64,000 nt of DNA, from NCBI GenBank assembly GCA_000002445.1, contig CH464491.1:704001-768000 (forward strand), read 5' to 3'. The translations under genes were made by a program, and so were the position numbers. How positions within the stretch are numbered: the first letter of the stretch is position 1; each line of letters starts with the position of its first letter. The DNA comes from Trypanosoma brucei. Taxonomy: Eukaryota. The notes below the pieces were generated by a model that worked only from the letters and a program-made list of their open reading frames with translations, did not search any database and was not told where the DNA came from. Positions 63,658 to 64,000 of the stretch are shown one piece after another.

Positions 63658-63678
63658 ACACACACACACACACACACA
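63658..63678. repeat. (AC)n microsatellite
   Basis: A (ac)10 run sits inside the spurious N-terminal extension of ORF 61391..63907. Confidence 0.9.
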
Positions 63679-64000
63679 TACGCACGCTGAAAGAAAAGAA
63701 GGAAGGGAGGGAAGGACGTATGAAGGCACAAACAAGCAACCCGAGAAACAGTAACAAACAGAGATGGCGCGAGGTTACCGTTGCGTAAAAAAGAAAACGC
63801 TGAAAACTGTGTAAAAATAAAAAGAAAAAGAAAAGAAAAAAAGAAGGGGGAAAACTACACATACATTGGACAATCATGTGACATGTGGAACCATATGCCA
63901 CTTCCATGACTCGGTAGCAACCCCGAAAAACAAAACAATATGCGGTTTGTTAATTGCTTATCAGTATTTTCATTTGTAAAAAAGAAAAAAATTAAAAAAT

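Overview
This 64 kb window looks like nuclear DNA from a trypanosomatid, most like an African trypanosome. GC content is moderate, there are no introns, and genes are densely packed. Every convincing gene (about 22) lies on the minus strand, so the window appears to be one continuous polycistronic transcription unit read right to left. I see no strand-switch region, no rRNA or tRNA genes, no mobile elements and nothing CRISPR-like.

Genes I recognise: M17 leucyl aminopeptidase, a very large kinesin, an M32 metallocarboxypeptidase, an RRP12-like HEAT-repeat protein, UDP-N-acetylglucosamine pyrophosphorylase, radial spoke protein 9, an XRCC3-like RAD51 paralogue, a HAD-like hydrolase, a DPH2-like diphthamide synthesis protein, a Nug1/GNL3-like circularly permuted GTPase, mitochondrial HSP90 (TRAP1), Golgi GRASP and an FG-repeat nucleoporin. 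About eight further conserved hypothetical genes sit between them.

Intergenic regions carry polypyrimidine tracts on the coding (minus) strand upstream of each start codon, as expected for trans-splicing, and are punctuated by (CA)n, (TG)n and (TA)n microsatellites.

The provided ORF track accepts GTG and TTG as start codons, so several ORFs carry false N-terminal extensions that run into upstream polypyrimidine tracts. I trimmed those to the first ATG.

The most notable observation is the kinesin at 5701..10419. It combines a kinesin-3-like motor and an FHA domain with a complete Roc-COR (ROCO-type) GTPase module. I do not know of a described architecture like this, and it deserves follow-up.
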